Below are positions 22,012 to 31,875 of a stretch of 64,000 nt of DNA, piece after piece. The stretch covers positions 2,912,001 through 2,976,000 of the forward strand of contig OZ253555.1 of the NCBI GenBank assembly GCA_965262725.1. Direction: 5' to 3'. Under the pieces are notes generated by a model, which saw only the letters and a list, made by a program, of their open reading frames with translations, was not told the origin of the DNA and did not search any database. The DNA comes from Dehalococcoidia bacterium (GTDB lineage: Bacteria > Chloroflexota > Dehalococcoidia > UBA2979). Every line of letters begins with the position of its first letter. The stretch's first letter is position 1. The position numbers were made by a program, and so were the translations under genes.

Positions 22012-22755
22012 CTACCCGAACGTGAGTCTGCTGATGCCGGGTGCGAAGAGATCGAGCAGGAGATCGATCGGTGGCCCCAGCACCGAGAACAGCGGGTTGA
22101 CGGCTCCGCCCGTGAAGAAGGGGACGACGATCAGGAGCATCAGGATGCCCGGCCCCCAGCGCTCCGCGTCGGCGAGCGGCCGCGCCACCTGCCGAGGGAG
22201 GAGTCCCACGGCGACCCGGAATCCGTCGAGCGGCGCCAGCGGCAGCAGGTTGAACATGGCCAGCAGCACGTTGAGCAGGACCACCGTGCCCAGGAAGAGA
22301 CCCAGCATGTTCTCGGGGCTCTGGGCAGCGAAGCGGGCGAGGGGTTCGGCGAGGCCGGTCCCGACGAAGGGGTGGAGCGGCGGCACCAGCCCCAGCCGGA
22401 TCGGGATGCCGGCGACGCCGGCGACCGCGAGGTTGGTGAGCGGGCCCGCAGCCGCGATCGTCGCCATGGCCCTCTTCGGGTTCCGCGTGTTCATCGGGTT
22501 CACGGGGACCGGCTTCGCCCACCCGAAGCCGACGAAGAAGATCAGCGCCGATCCGATCGGATCGAGGTGCGCGCGCGGGTCGAGCGTCAGGCGGCCGAAC
22601 CGCCTCGGCGTGCCGTCCCCCAGCCGGTCCGCCGTGTAGGCGTGCATGAACTCGTGGAGGGCGAGCCCGACGAGCAGCGAGAAGCCGAAGGCGCAGATGA
22701 GAATGACGAACGCAATCGGCGCCTCACGCAGCACCGGCACGTAGCGCAGTAGCAT
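22012..22755 (-). CDS. Site-2 protease (M50)
   Basis: HEFMH, GWAKPVP, AAAGPLTN, NLLP..PLDG. Confidence 0.92.
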   Translation of the reverse strand: MLLRYVPVLREAPIAFVILICAFGFSLLVGLALHEFMHAYTADRLGDGTPRRFGRLTLDPRAHLDPIGSALIFFVGFGWAKPVPVNPMNTRNPKRAMATIAAAGPLTNLAVAGVAGIPIRLGLVPPLHPFVGTGLAEPLARFAAQSPENMLGLFLGTVVLLNVLLAMFNLLPLAPLDGFRVAVGLLPRQVARPLADAERWGPGILMLLIVVPFFTGGAVNPLFSVLGPPIDLLLDLFAPGISRLTFG

Positions 22756-22761
22756 ACGATC

Positions 22762-22811
22762 AGCGTAGCAAACAGTTTCCGTTGACACTGTTTCACAGCC
22801 GCCCCTATCGT
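22762..22811. promoter_or_regulatory. Overlapping divergent promoters with inverted repeat
   Basis: Plus: TTGACA 22782-87, 18 nt, TATCGT 22806-11. Minus: TACGCT 6 nt before the site-2 protease ATG. Inverted repeat AAACAGT-N10-ACTGTTT at 22770-22793. Confidence 0.6.
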
Positions 22812-22988
22812 GAATCCGCTGGCTGCGGCGACGTTGCGACCAGCCCACCGCGAGCCCACAGGGAGTCCGTCCGCACGCGGGGGGTGGCGGTGTCCGGGCA
22901 GGGGACGGGAGAGCTGCTCGCCGGGGGTGCGCCGGTCCTCGGATCCGGCGCGTGAGGCCTGCCGGGGCGCGTGCCCCTCGGCGCCGCC

Positions 22989-24164
22989 ATGATGGCCACA
23001 CCACGCCGCTCCCCGCTGCGCCGCCTCACCCCCCTCGCCGTGCTCTCGCTCGTCGCCCTCGCGGCGCTCGCCCTCTACCTGGCCGGCCGCGACGGCGATG
23101 ACCCGGTGGAGGAGCCGGCGGGGACGGGCCCCGTGGGAACGGGCGAGCATCTCCTCGTGCTCGCCGAGTTCGGCCCCAACTCAGACGAGATCTTCCTCGC
23201 GCCGGCCGACGACCCCTCCGACCGCACGCCAGTCGCCCGGGTCGAGCATGCTCCCGGCTGGGGGATCCACCCGGGACCCGAGATGGCGGGCGCGCTCGCC
23301 GTCTACACCGTCCTCCCGATCGGCGCCCGGCCGGGGCGCGACAGCCCGGCCGAGCTCTGGCTGCTCGACGTGTCGAGCGGCGAGCGCACGCGCCTCGCGC
23401 GGGACGCCGATCTGCTCGCGGCGCCGGCGCTCGCCCGCGACGGCACGACCGTCGTCTACCGGTCCAGTAGCGGCGGGGAACAGAGCCTCGTGCGCGTCGA
23501 TCTCGCGAGCCGCGCCCGCCGCGTACTGCACACCGCCAGCACACCGTTCGGCGTCTTTCCGATCGCGATCACGCCGGGCGGCGACCTGCTTTTCTCCGAC
23601 ATCTCCAGTGCCGGGACCGACCTCCACGCCGTGTCGCTTCAGGGGGGCGAGCCTCGTTCCCTATTCCGCGCATCCCCGCACATCGCCCGCGACTGGCGGC
23701 TCTCCCCGGACGGCACCGCGCTCTCCTACCTCGCACCGGTGTCGCTCGCCGAACGCGTGGTGCACCGGCTGCACGTCGCGACGCTCGGGCCGGTCGCGCG
23801 ATCCGGGCAGCCGGTCTCCGGCCTCGGCGCCGAGGCCGCCGAGCAATACGGGCCGGTCTGGAGACCCGGCGGCGGCGCGATCACCGTGGGCCGGGAGGCG
23901 GCGCCGGAGCCGGCGGCGGCGGCCGTCACGCTCCCTCTGGGCGGGGCCGGCGACGGGACGGAGCTCGCCCCGCCCGGGACCGGATTCGACGTGCCGCTCG
24001 GCTGGAGCCCGGACGGCCTCACGCTGGCCGCGCGCAGCTTCGACGGCCGCAACTCCGCCGACCCGGGGATGGAGGAGCTCACCCTGATCGAACTCTCCGG
24101 CACCCGCCGCGCGATCCCCGCGCGCGCGCAGCTCCTCTTCCTCGGCTGGTGGACCGGTGATTGA
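22989..24164 (+). CDS. Membrane-anchored TolB-like beta-propeller protein
   Basis: N-terminal TM helix; PD40-like repeats (LSPDG, WRPGG, WSPDG). Confidence 0.75.
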   Translation: MMATPRRSPLRRLTPLAVLSLVALAALALYLAGRDGDDPVEEPAGTGPVGTGEHLLVLAEFGPNSDEIFLAPADDPSDRTPVARVEHAPGWGIHPGPEMAGALAVYTVLPIGARPGRDSPAELWLLDVSSGERTRLARDADLLAAPALARDGTTVVYRSSSGGEQSLVRVDLASRARRVLHTASTPFGVFPIAITPGGDLLFSDISSAGTDLHAVSLQGGEPRSLFRASPHIARDWRLSPDGTALSYLAPVSLAERVVHRLHVATLGPVARSGQPVSGLGAEAAEQYGPVWRPGGGAITVGREAAPEPAAAAVTLPLGGAGDGTELAPPGTGFDVPLGWSPDGLTLAARSFDGRNSADPGMEELTLIELSGTRRAIPARAQLLFLGWWTGD

Positions 24165-25527
24165 CCGCCTCGGGCGGCGCGGCGGCCGCCTCGCGGCCGC
24201 CTCCGCGCTCGTCGCGGCGGGGCTCGTGCTGCTCGCGCTCGCCGCGCCGGGGCTCCCCGGCAACCCCGTGCCGCGCGCCGACGCCTGCGCCTTCATCCGC
24301 ACGCCGCATGCCTACGAGGCGGATGCCGGGCGCGGTGCCTACCTGAGGGCTCTGGAGGCAGCCTCCGTCAACGCCCTCTTCCCCGACAGCGTCTACTTCC
24401 GGCTGCCGGCCATCGAGACCGGCGCACGCGGGGTGCGCACGCGGGGGGTGGCGGCTCTCCCCCCGACCCTGCTCAAGGCGATCGCCTGGGTCGAGTCGCG
24501 CATGACGATGGCCATCTCCGGGGTGGCATTCAACTCCGCGGGCCCGGCCCTCGTCTCCTTCGACTGCGGGCACGGGATCATGCAGGTGACGACGGGGATG
24601 ACGGTGCCGCTGGGCGTCAGCGCGCCCACCGACCGCCAGGCGCGCGTGGCGACCCACTACGCGTACAACATAGCCACCGGCACCGCGATCCTCGGGGCGA
24701 AGTGGAACGAGGCCCCGGAGCGCCGCCCCGTGGTCGGCACCGACACGGGCTCCGATCCGACGCTGGTCGAGAACTGGTATTACGCCGTCTGGGGCTACAA
24801 CGGCTTCACGGGACCCGGCTCAACCGGATCCAATCACCCCTCCGACCCCGGCTTCGGGAGCTGGCCGCGCCCCGCCTACCGCTGCGACGGGGCCCAGTCA
24901 CGCACCCTCTACCCCTACCAGGAGCTCGTCTGGGGCTGCCTCGCGAACCCGCCGACGATCGCTGGCGCCCCGCTCTGGGATGCGGTCGAGGCGACGCTCC
25001 CCGACCTGACGCGTCCACAGTTCTTCGAGCCCCTCTCGCCGGACGCCTTTACGTTCCCGTTCACTGCCATGGACATGCCGACGCCTCAGCCCGCGCACGC
25101 CGACCCGTCGCCGGCGCCGGAGCCCGGCTTCGCCGCCAGCGCGCTGGGCGCCCCGCGGATCGCCGCCGACGTGCGATCGGTCTCCGTCCGGCTCGACGGC
25201 ACGGAGGATGACGCGCACGCCATCGTGATCGTCACCAACCCGGGCTCCGGCATCCTCTCCTGGCAGGCGATCGCCGGCGCCGACTGGATCGTCGTCGATC
25301 CCCCCGCCGGCGTCGCGCTCGGCGCCGACGTCGACTGCAGCGGCCGGGCATGTGACCGCGCCGCGCGGCTTCGGATCACCGCGAATCCGACGCTCCTTCC
25401 CGATCGGCACGCGACCGGCCCCATCCGCCTGCGCGCGGCCAACGCCGCGCTCCCCGACATCATCGTGCAACTCGAGGTCGATGCCGACTTCGAGATCGGG
25501 GCGCCCGGGACGAGCCGCATCTACTAG
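24157..25527 (+). CDS. Secreted lysozyme-like/SLT transglycosylase domain protein with C-terminal BACON-like domain
   Basis: Signal peptide; LKAIAWVES, GHGIMQV, YNI..G..IL, YNG motifs; N.G.G.L.W....DWI beta domain. Confidence 0.7.
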   Translation: MIDRLGRRGGRLAAASALVAAGLVLLALAAPGLPGNPVPRADACAFIRTPHAYEADAGRGAYLRALEAASVNALFPDSVYFRLPAIETGARGVRTRGVAALPPTLLKAIAWVESRMTMAISGVAFNSAGPALVSFDCGHGIMQVTTGMTVPLGVSAPTDRQARVATHYAYNIATGTAILGAKWNEAPERRPVVGTDTGSDPTLVENWYYAVWGYNGFTGPGSTGSNHPSDPGFGSWPRPAYRCDGAQSRTLYPYQELVWGCLANPPTIAGAPLWDAVEATLPDLTRPQFFEPLSPDAFTFPFTAMDMPTPQPAHADPSPAPEPGFAASALGAPRIAADVRSVSVRLDGTEDDAHAIVIVTNPGSGILSWQAIAGADWIVVDPPAGVALGADVDCSGRACDRAARLRITANPTLLPDRHATGPIRLRAANAALPDIIVQLEVDADFEIGAPGTSRIY

Positions 25528-26735
25528 GGGTTCTCTGAACAGGTCGCCGCGTCGTTACTGGAGCACATGCACACTCCGATGACTATATGCGATCATGGCA
25601 CTCCTCCGGGAAAGGGGAGCGCTGCCATGCATCAGCCGACATTCGCGAGAGTCGAGTTCGAGCGGGATGGCTACAAGACGCGCCGCCAGAAGTTCCTCGA
25701 ACGGCTGGATGGCCTCGTCCCGTGGCAGAGGTTCGAAGCAGCCATCGAGCCCCACTACCCGAAACCGGGCCGCGGGCGGAGGCCCTACCCGCTCTCCGTG
25801 ATGCTGCGCATCCATACCGTGCAACTCTGCTACAACCTCAGCGACCCCGGCATGGAGGATCTGCTCCACGAGGCCGAGTCGGTGCGAGCCTTTTGCTTCC
25901 TCACGCTCTCCGAGCCCATCCCCGACGAGACGACGATCCTCAACTTCCGGCACCTGCTCGAGCGCCACTCCCTGGGTAGCAGGATCCTCCAACTCATCAA
26001 CGAGCACCTCACGAGCAAGGGATTGAAGCTGAGCGAGGGCAGCATCGTGGATGCGACCATCATCTCGGCGCCATCGTCGACGAAGAATCGCGGGCGGGCG
26101 CGGGACCCGGAGATGCATCAGACCAAGAAGGGGAAACAGTGGTTCTTCGGGATGAAGCTGCACATCGGCGCCGACAGGGATACTGGACTGGTCCACAACT
26201 TCACGACCACGCCTGCGAACGTGTCGGACGTGTCTGAGACGCACCGCCTGCTGCACGGCGAGGAAGCCGAGGTCTACGGCGACGCCGGGTACCGGGGCGT
26301 GCAGAAGAGACCCGAGAACGCGGACTCCAGGGTCAAGGACTGGAACGTGGCGATGCGCCCGGGCCTCCGGCGTGCGCTCGACCCGGAGAGTCCTGAGGCC
26401 GTCGAGGAGAAGCGGAAGGCATCGGTGCGAGCGCTGGTGGAGCACCCGTTCTACAGCGTGAAGCGGCGCTTCGGCTACGCCAAGGTGCGGTACCGGGGTC
26501 TCTTCAAGAACCACGAGCGGTGTGCGGTCTTGCTGGGGTTCCACAACCTGCTCACCGCGAAGCCGCACCGTGCCTGACCGTGGGTGGAGTGCGCCCTCCC
26601 CGCCCCACACGGGGCGAGGAGGGGAGCCACAGGGGCCCGCGAGGGGGCGGATATGACCACTGTCATCGGGAATCCGCCTGAGAGCGCCTGACCGCGGCGA
26701 AACTGGGTCGCTAGACCCACCTGATCAGACTTGCC
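25528..26735 (+). mobile_element. Complete IS5-family element (about 1.2 kb)
   Basis: Flanking CTAG direct repeats (25524-27, 26736-39); imperfect terminal IRs GGGTTCTCTGAACAGGT / GGCAAGTCTGATCAGGT (12/17). Confidence 0.88.
25627..26577 (+). CDS. IS5 family transposase
   Basis: PDETTILNFRHLLE, VDATII, RDPEMHQTKKG.QW.FGMKLH, DAGY, RALVEHPF, KVRYRGL. Confidence 0.95.
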   Translation: MHQPTFARVEFERDGYKTRRQKFLERLDGLVPWQRFEAAIEPHYPKPGRGRRPYPLSVMLRIHTVQLCYNLSDPGMEDLLHEAESVRAFCFLTLSEPIPDETTILNFRHLLERHSLGSRILQLINEHLTSKGLKLSEGSIVDATIISAPSSTKNRGRARDPEMHQTKKGKQWFFGMKLHIGADRDTGLVHNFTTTPANVSDVSETHRLLHGEEAEVYGDAGYRGVQKRPENADSRVKDWNVAMRPGLRRALDPESPEAVEEKRKASVRALVEHPFYSVKRRFGYAKVRYRGLFKNHERCAVLLGFHNLLTAKPHRA

Positions 26736-26848
26736 CTAGCGCGGGAGCACCACCCCCCGGGGTGCCGGGCGGCTGGCCAGCCGCCTTGCTCCGGTGGATA
26801 CTCGTGGGGTTCGCGGCGACTCCCCGCCGCGCGGGAGAGCGGTGGCCA

Positions 26849-27334
26849 ATGCTCGACGTCTGGGTCGCTGCGGTCCGGAAGAACCATGCGCTCGAGCACG
26901 CGACGGTCGCCGTGCTGCTCGCGAAGCACGGGCCGATGCGCGTGGCGGGCCGGGCCAGCCCCGACGGCTTCTTCCTCATCGGCTCCGTAGGCGAGGAGGA
27001 GGTCGACCGGGCCGCCCACGAGGCGCTGAGGCGGCTCCGGGCCGGCGAGTCGAACCTCGCCGTCTCGCCCCACTGCGGTACGAACATCGCGGTGGCGGGT
27101 TTCGCGGCCGCGCTGGCGGCCGCCACCGTCGTCGCGAGCGGGCCGACCTGGAAGCGCTTCCCAAACGCCGTCACGGCGGCGATGCTCGCGGTCGTCGCCG
27201 CACAGCCGATCGGGCGCCGCGTCCAGCGCCACCTCACGACGAACGCCGACGTCGCGGATGTGGAGATCGTGGGCACCAGGTCGCTCTTCGGCTCGCTCAA
27301 GAAGGTGCAGACGCGCCTCACCGCCGCTCCGTAG
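26849..27334 (+). CDS. DUF6391-like membrane protein
   Basis: RKNHALEHAT, LAVSPHCGTN, two TM helices, LTT. Confidence 0.7.
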   Translation: MLDVWVAAVRKNHALEHATVAVLLAKHGPMRVAGRASPDGFFLIGSVGEEEVDRAAHEALRRLRAGESNLAVSPHCGTNIAVAGFAAALAAATVVASGPTWKRFPNAVTAAMLAVVAAQPIGRRVQRHLTTNADVADVEIVGTRSLFGSLKKVQTRLTAAP

Positions 27335-27466
27335 CCGGCGCCCGGTCGCCGCGCACAACCCCGCTCCGGGAGACACCCGTCCTGCGCGGCGACCTGCGAC
27401 TGCCGTCCGGCTGCGCTAGTCTGCGAGCGCGCGGCGACCAGGGGCCGCGCGCTGGGGGGAGCAGAG

Positions 27467-28507
27467 ATGCGGCTGGGAGTGCTCACGGGGATGACGTCGA
27501 CGCCGGGCCGTCGCGTCGGCGGGCCGCAGGACTTCCAGGAGGACTGGCACTCCTCGCTCGAGAAAATTCGGATCGCCGAAGAGCTCGGCTACGAGATGGT
27601 GGTGGTGCCGGAGTCGTGGCAGCTCTCGGCGCTGCCGTGGCTCGCGGTGATCGCGCTGAACACCTCGACGATCCACATCGGCACGTCGATCGTCAACGTC
27701 TTCTCGCGCTCCGCGGCGGCCCTCGCGGAGGAGTACTCGACTCTCGAGCTGATCTCGGGCGGCCGGATGATGCTGGGCATCGGTGCCGCGAGCTCGCTCG
27801 TGGCGGAGGATATGCACGGCGTCAAGTTCGAGAAGCCGCTCCGCCGCGTCCGCGAATACACCGAAATCTTCAAGATGCTGATCCGCGGGGAGCGGCTACA
27901 CTACAAGGGCGAGATCTTCCACCTCGACCGCGGCTTCCGGATCCTCTACGACCGCCCGCGCGAGGACGTGCCGGTCTGGATCGGCGCGCTCACGCCGAAG
28001 TCGCTCCGGCAGTGCGGCGAGATCGCCGACGGGATCATGCCGGTGCACTGGCCAACGTCTCAGATGGGCCAGCTCCGCGGCTACCTGCGCGAGGGCGCCG
28101 AGTCCGTCGGGCGCGATCCGATGGAGGTGACGATCGCGCCGCACACGCCGATCTACGTCTTCGGCGGCCAGAACGACGAGCAAACGCTCTGGGAGGCGAA
28201 GCGGCCGCTGGAGAACTACATCAACCGGATGGGCAACTTCTACCACGAGATGATGACGCGCACCGGCTGGGCGGACGAGGTGCGGGCGGTGCAGGCGGCG
28301 TGGGAGAACGAGAGGGACCGCGACGCCGCGATCGCCGGGATCAGCGACCGCATGGTCCGCGAGATCCAGGTCATCGGGACGATGCCCGAGGTGCAGGATC
28401 GCCTGCGCGAACGCGCGGAGAACGGCGCCGACCTCCAGATCGTCTACATGCCGAAGGGGACGCCGGCCGAGGCCGGGAAGGCTCTCGAGGAGTTCATCTC
28501 CGCGTAG
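27467..28507 (+). CDS. LLM-class flavin/F420-dependent oxidoreductase
   Basis: AEELGY, IGTSIVNVFSRS, ISGGR..LGIG, GEIADG. Confidence 0.9.
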   Translation: MRLGVLTGMTSTPGRRVGGPQDFQEDWHSSLEKIRIAEELGYEMVVVPESWQLSALPWLAVIALNTSTIHIGTSIVNVFSRSAAALAEEYSTLELISGGRMMLGIGAASSLVAEDMHGVKFEKPLRRVREYTEIFKMLIRGERLHYKGEIFHLDRGFRILYDRPREDVPVWIGALTPKSLRQCGEIADGIMPVHWPTSQMGQLRGYLREGAESVGRDPMEVTIAPHTPIYVFGGQNDEQTLWEAKRPLENYINRMGNFYHEMMTRTGWADEVRAVQAAWENERDRDAAIAGISDRMVREIQVIGTMPEVQDRLRERAENGADLQIVYMPKGTPAEAGKALEEFISA

Positions 28508-28613
28508 GGATCAGCGGCCCGCTTCGCGTCGCCTCCCGCACGACTCGCCCCGGGGATGGCCTCTCTATCGTCGCCCCTCCGGCCCTCTGCGGACCGTCGG
28601 TCAGGGTCCGCCC

Positions 28614-29732
28614 TCACTCACGGCGCACCGGATCGTCCGCCTCGCCCAGAATGCGCGCGAAGAGACGCGCGAGCCGCCAGCCGTCCGTGTAGAGCGGACC
28701 CACCGAGTCCAGCTTCGGCTCGACGTGCTCGAAGAGGTCGGTCCGGTGGTAGACCTCCGGTCGATGCGCGGCGGCGATCAGCTCGGAGTGCGGCCACGGC
28801 ACGAAGCGATCCTCACGGTCGTGGAGCAGGTAGAGGGGGGCCGCGAGCCCGTCGAGGTGCATCAGGGGGGAGAGCGCCTCGATCCAGGCCTCGAGGGCGG
28901 CCTCGGCCCCCCGCATCCGCTCCAGGGCCTCGTCGTAGCCGGACGGCGCGAGCAGCGCTGCCGCCCGCTCCTCCCCGCCCACGACGCTCGTGAGGGAGCG
29001 CAGGACCACGCGCCGGGTGATGGCGCGAGGCTCCCACGCGTACCGCCCATCCTCCGCTGCGAAGAGACCGGACGCGGTCTCCGCGGCGAGCAGGCCAGCA
29101 TCGGCGTAGGGGCCGACGGCCAGCACGAACCAGACATCGCCCGCGATGCGCTCGTCCGCCGCGGTGATCAGCGAGAGCGAACCGCCGACGGAGAGCCCGA
29201 CGAACCCGACGCGCCCCGCCTCTACGTTCGGCTCCTCGACCAGGGCCCGCCACGCGCCGACCAGCCGCTCGATCTCCGCGGGCTCGACCAGTCCGCGCTG
29301 GAGCGGCTCCGAGACGGGATGGAGGGTGCCGACGCCGAGCCGCGCCAGCGCGTCGGTCAGGCGCATGACCCGGGGGTCGTCCGGCCGGGCCGCCTCCGCG
29401 CCGAGCGCGAGCACCACGGCCGGGTGCGGGCCTGACCCCGCAGGCAGCGTCAGCACGCCGCCGCCGGCGGACGGTGTGCCGGGGGCGCCCCAGGTGATCT
29501 CGAGCCGCTCGGGCTCACTCGTCACCCACGTCAGCGGGCGTATCGGGAGGCGCAGGACGCCGTCGGTGAAGAGGACCCCCGCCCGTACCCACGGCTCGGC
29601 AGCGGACCACGCGAGCGCCGAGCCCCACAGGAACGCGGCCACAGCCCCGAGGGCGAGCGCGCGCCGCGCCACGCCCCAGCCGTCCATCCTCCGCGCGACG
29701 CGCGGCACGCGAGCCAGGAGCGGGAGTCTCAC
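28614..29732 (-). CDS. Membrane-anchored alpha/beta hydrolase-fold protein
   Basis: N-terminal TM; GLSVGG nucleophile elbow; HDREDRFVP; C-terminal His (FEHV). Confidence 0.72.
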   Translation of the reverse strand: MRLPLLARVPRVARRMDGWGVARRALALGAVAAFLWGSALAWSAAEPWVRAGVLFTDGVLRLPIRPLTWVTSEPERLEITWGAPGTPSAGGGVLTLPAGSGPHPAVVLALGAEAARPDDPRVMRLTDALARLGVGTLHPVSEPLQRGLVEPAEIERLVGAWRALVEEPNVEAGRVGFVGLSVGGSLSLITAADERIAGDVWFVLAVGPYADAGLLAAETASGLFAAEDGRYAWEPRAITRRVVLRSLTSVVGGEERAAALLAPSGYDEALERMRGAEAALEAWIEALSPLMHLDGLAAPLYLLHDREDRFVPWPHSELIAAAHRPEVYHRTDLFEHVEPKLDSVGPLYTDGWRLARLFARILGEADDPVRRE

Positions 29733-29800
29733 GCGCCGATGCTACGCCGTGGGAGACCGCCGCGGGAGGGACGCGGGCGGGCGGGACCGGGGGAGACGCA

Positions 29801-29828
29801 GAGGGGGCCCGGCGAACCGGGCCCCCTC
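29801..29828 (-). terminator. Hairpin downstream of solute-binding protein gene
   Basis: 12-bp perfect stem GAGGGGGCCCGG with TTCG loop on minus strand; weak U tail. Confidence 0.6.
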
Positions 29829-29850
29829 GTAGCGAGCGTCGTGCTCGGCT

Positions 29851-31533
29851 CTAGGCCGGGACGATGTTCTCGAACCGCGCCGACGGCGTCGTCCACGGAA
29901 CGTAGCTCGACGGGTCGATGAGGTCGTTGCGGAAGGCGTAGATGGCCGGGTTCTCGGCGATGTACGCCGACGGACCGGCCTCGAACGCGCCGCCGCTCTC
30001 GATACGCTCCTCCTGCATCAGCTCGCGGTAGAGCTGGTTGCGGGCCTCGCCGTCGACCTCCCTGTTGACCGCCTCGAAGAGCTCGTCGAACCTCGGGTTC
30101 GCCCAGAGGTCGTACGGGTTCGTGCTGACGTGCCACTGCAGCGCCAGCGCCGCCTCGTAGAGGAACGACGACCAGCCCATGAGGAAGGCCCCCGGGCGGC
30201 CCTCGGTGGCCCGGCCGTAGAGACGGTCACGCCACACGTTGACCTCGATCGTCCGCACGTCGGTCTCGACGCCGATGTCGCCCCAGAGCCCGATGCTGGA
30301 CTCGAGGATCGGCTTGAGGTGCGGGGCGATCAGGATCTGTGCGTCGATGTTCATCGATGCGCTGCTCCCGAGGCCCGCGTCGATGATGAGCTGTCTCGCC
30401 TTGTCCGGGTCGAAGGGGATCACGTCCCAGTCGGGCTGGTGGCCGAAGACATCCGGCGTGATCAACTGGTCCTTCGCCGGCCGCGTCTGGCCGTCGTAGG
30501 CCGCCAGGATGATGCCCTCGCGGTCGAGCGCGTAGTTGAGCGCCTGACGCACGCGCGGGTCGTTCGTGATGCCGGGGTCGTCGTCCGGCTTGTTCGCGAA
30601 GTCCCACGCCTGGTTGGTCGTCGGCGGCGCGTTGATCACGGTCGTGTTGGCGAAGCTGCGCACACGATCGGCGTCGATGGTCGGAACCTGCAGGGCGAAG
30701 TCGATGTCACCGGACTCGAGCGCCGCCACGCGGGTCGACGTCTCGGAGATCCAGTTGAAGTCGATCATGGTGACGCCCTTGATGTCACCGGCCCGATAGC
30801 CGGACGGCGACTTCACGAGCGTGACCTTCTGGCCCTGCTGGAAATCCTGCGCCACGTAGGCGCCGGTTCCCACCGGGGTCGCACCCATGAACGCCTCGGG
30901 GTTGATCGACGCGTCCGTGAAGATGTGCTCCGGCAGCGTGAAGACGATCCCCTCGCGCTTCGGGAAGATCGGGTCGCTGTCGGTGGTGATCTCGATCGTG
31001 CGGTCGTCGAGGATCTTCGACGACACGTACGTGCCGACACGCGAGATCAGCCGCGACTGGCTCTCCGGGTCCTTGTAGAAGTCGTGGACCCACGCCACGT
31101 CCGCGGCCGTGAACGGCGTTCCGTCCGACCACTCCGCCTCGCGGAGCTTGAAGACCCAGGTCGCGCCGTTGTCGCTGCTCTCCCACGACTCGGCCAGACC
31201 GGGCTCGATGTTGGCGCCGCCACCGGGCTGCGGCACCTGGCGGGTGAGGCCGTCGTAGATGGAGTGGAACTCGGACTCACTCGCCGCTGTCGAGTTCGGG
31301 CTCAGCGTCGGGATCGGGTTGGTGCCCGACCACCGGATGGTGATCTCCTTGGCCGGCTCGGCCGTCGGAGCCGCCGTCGCCACGGCCGTCGGAGCCGCCG
31401 TCGCCTGCGGAGCCGCTTCGTCGTCGTCGCCACAGCCGATCACGGCTGCGGTGGCGAGCCCGACACCACCGATCGCGCTCCCTCGCAGGAACGCCCGGCG
31501 CGTGACGCGCCCGCCCAAGAAACTGATTTCCAT
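29851..31533 (-). CDS. ABC transporter solute-binding protein, family 5, Tat lipoprotein
   Basis: TRRAFLRG twin-arginine signal, lipobox IGC; LAESWE, WSDGTPFTAADV, GTGAY, RVRQALNYALDR. Confidence 0.92.
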   Translation of the reverse strand: MEISFLGGRVTRRAFLRGSAIGGVGLATAAVIGCGDDDEAAPQATAAPTAVATAAPTAEPAKEITIRWSGTNPIPTLSPNSTAASESEFHSIYDGLTRQVPQPGGGANIEPGLAESWESSDNGATWVFKLREAEWSDGTPFTAADVAWVHDFYKDPESQSRLISRVGTYVSSKILDDRTIEITTDSDPIFPKREGIVFTLPEHIFTDASINPEAFMGATPVGTGAYVAQDFQQGQKVTLVKSPSGYRAGDIKGVTMIDFNWISETSTRVAALESGDIDFALQVPTIDADRVRSFANTTVINAPPTTNQAWDFANKPDDDPGITNDPRVRQALNYALDREGIILAAYDGQTRPAKDQLITPDVFGHQPDWDVIPFDPDKARQLIIDAGLGSSASMNIDAQILIAPHLKPILESSIGLWGDIGVETDVRTIEVNVWRDRLYGRATEGRPGAFLMGWSSFLYEAALALQWHVSTNPYDLWANPRFDELFEAVNREVDGEARNQLYRELMQEERIESGGAFEAGPSAYIAENPAIYAFRNDLIDPSSYVPWTTPSARFENIVPA

Positions 31534-31544
31534 AATCTCCTTCG

Positions 31545-31577
31545 CTGCCTGCTTCTCTGCCTGCTTCTCTGCCTGCT
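31545..31577. repeat. 12-bp tandem repeat (CTGCCTGCTTCT x2.75) directly upstream of the SBP ribosome-binding site
   Basis: Read directly from sequence. Confidence 0.85.
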
Positions 31578-31875
31578 ACCTCGCCGCCGGACCCACCGCA
31601 CCCTCCTGCCGGCCGCTCGTGCGGTCCAGCGACGCCATCGGCCCGAGTCGCGTTTTCTACCACGGCTCCGTGGTAGGCGCACGCGGCATCTCTATTGGGG
31701 GAACGTCCACCCGAGGGGGCGTGGATCTGAGCTCGTGCAGAAATACACAATCGTTATCGAGGCTCACGCGGACGTCAGGATCCCTTCTCCCCGCCCCCGT
31801 CCGCGCGGCTCGAGGCTGAGGCGCGGCGAGCCGGCGCGCTTGACCGCGGCGCCCCGCTCGGCGCACCGTCGCGGC

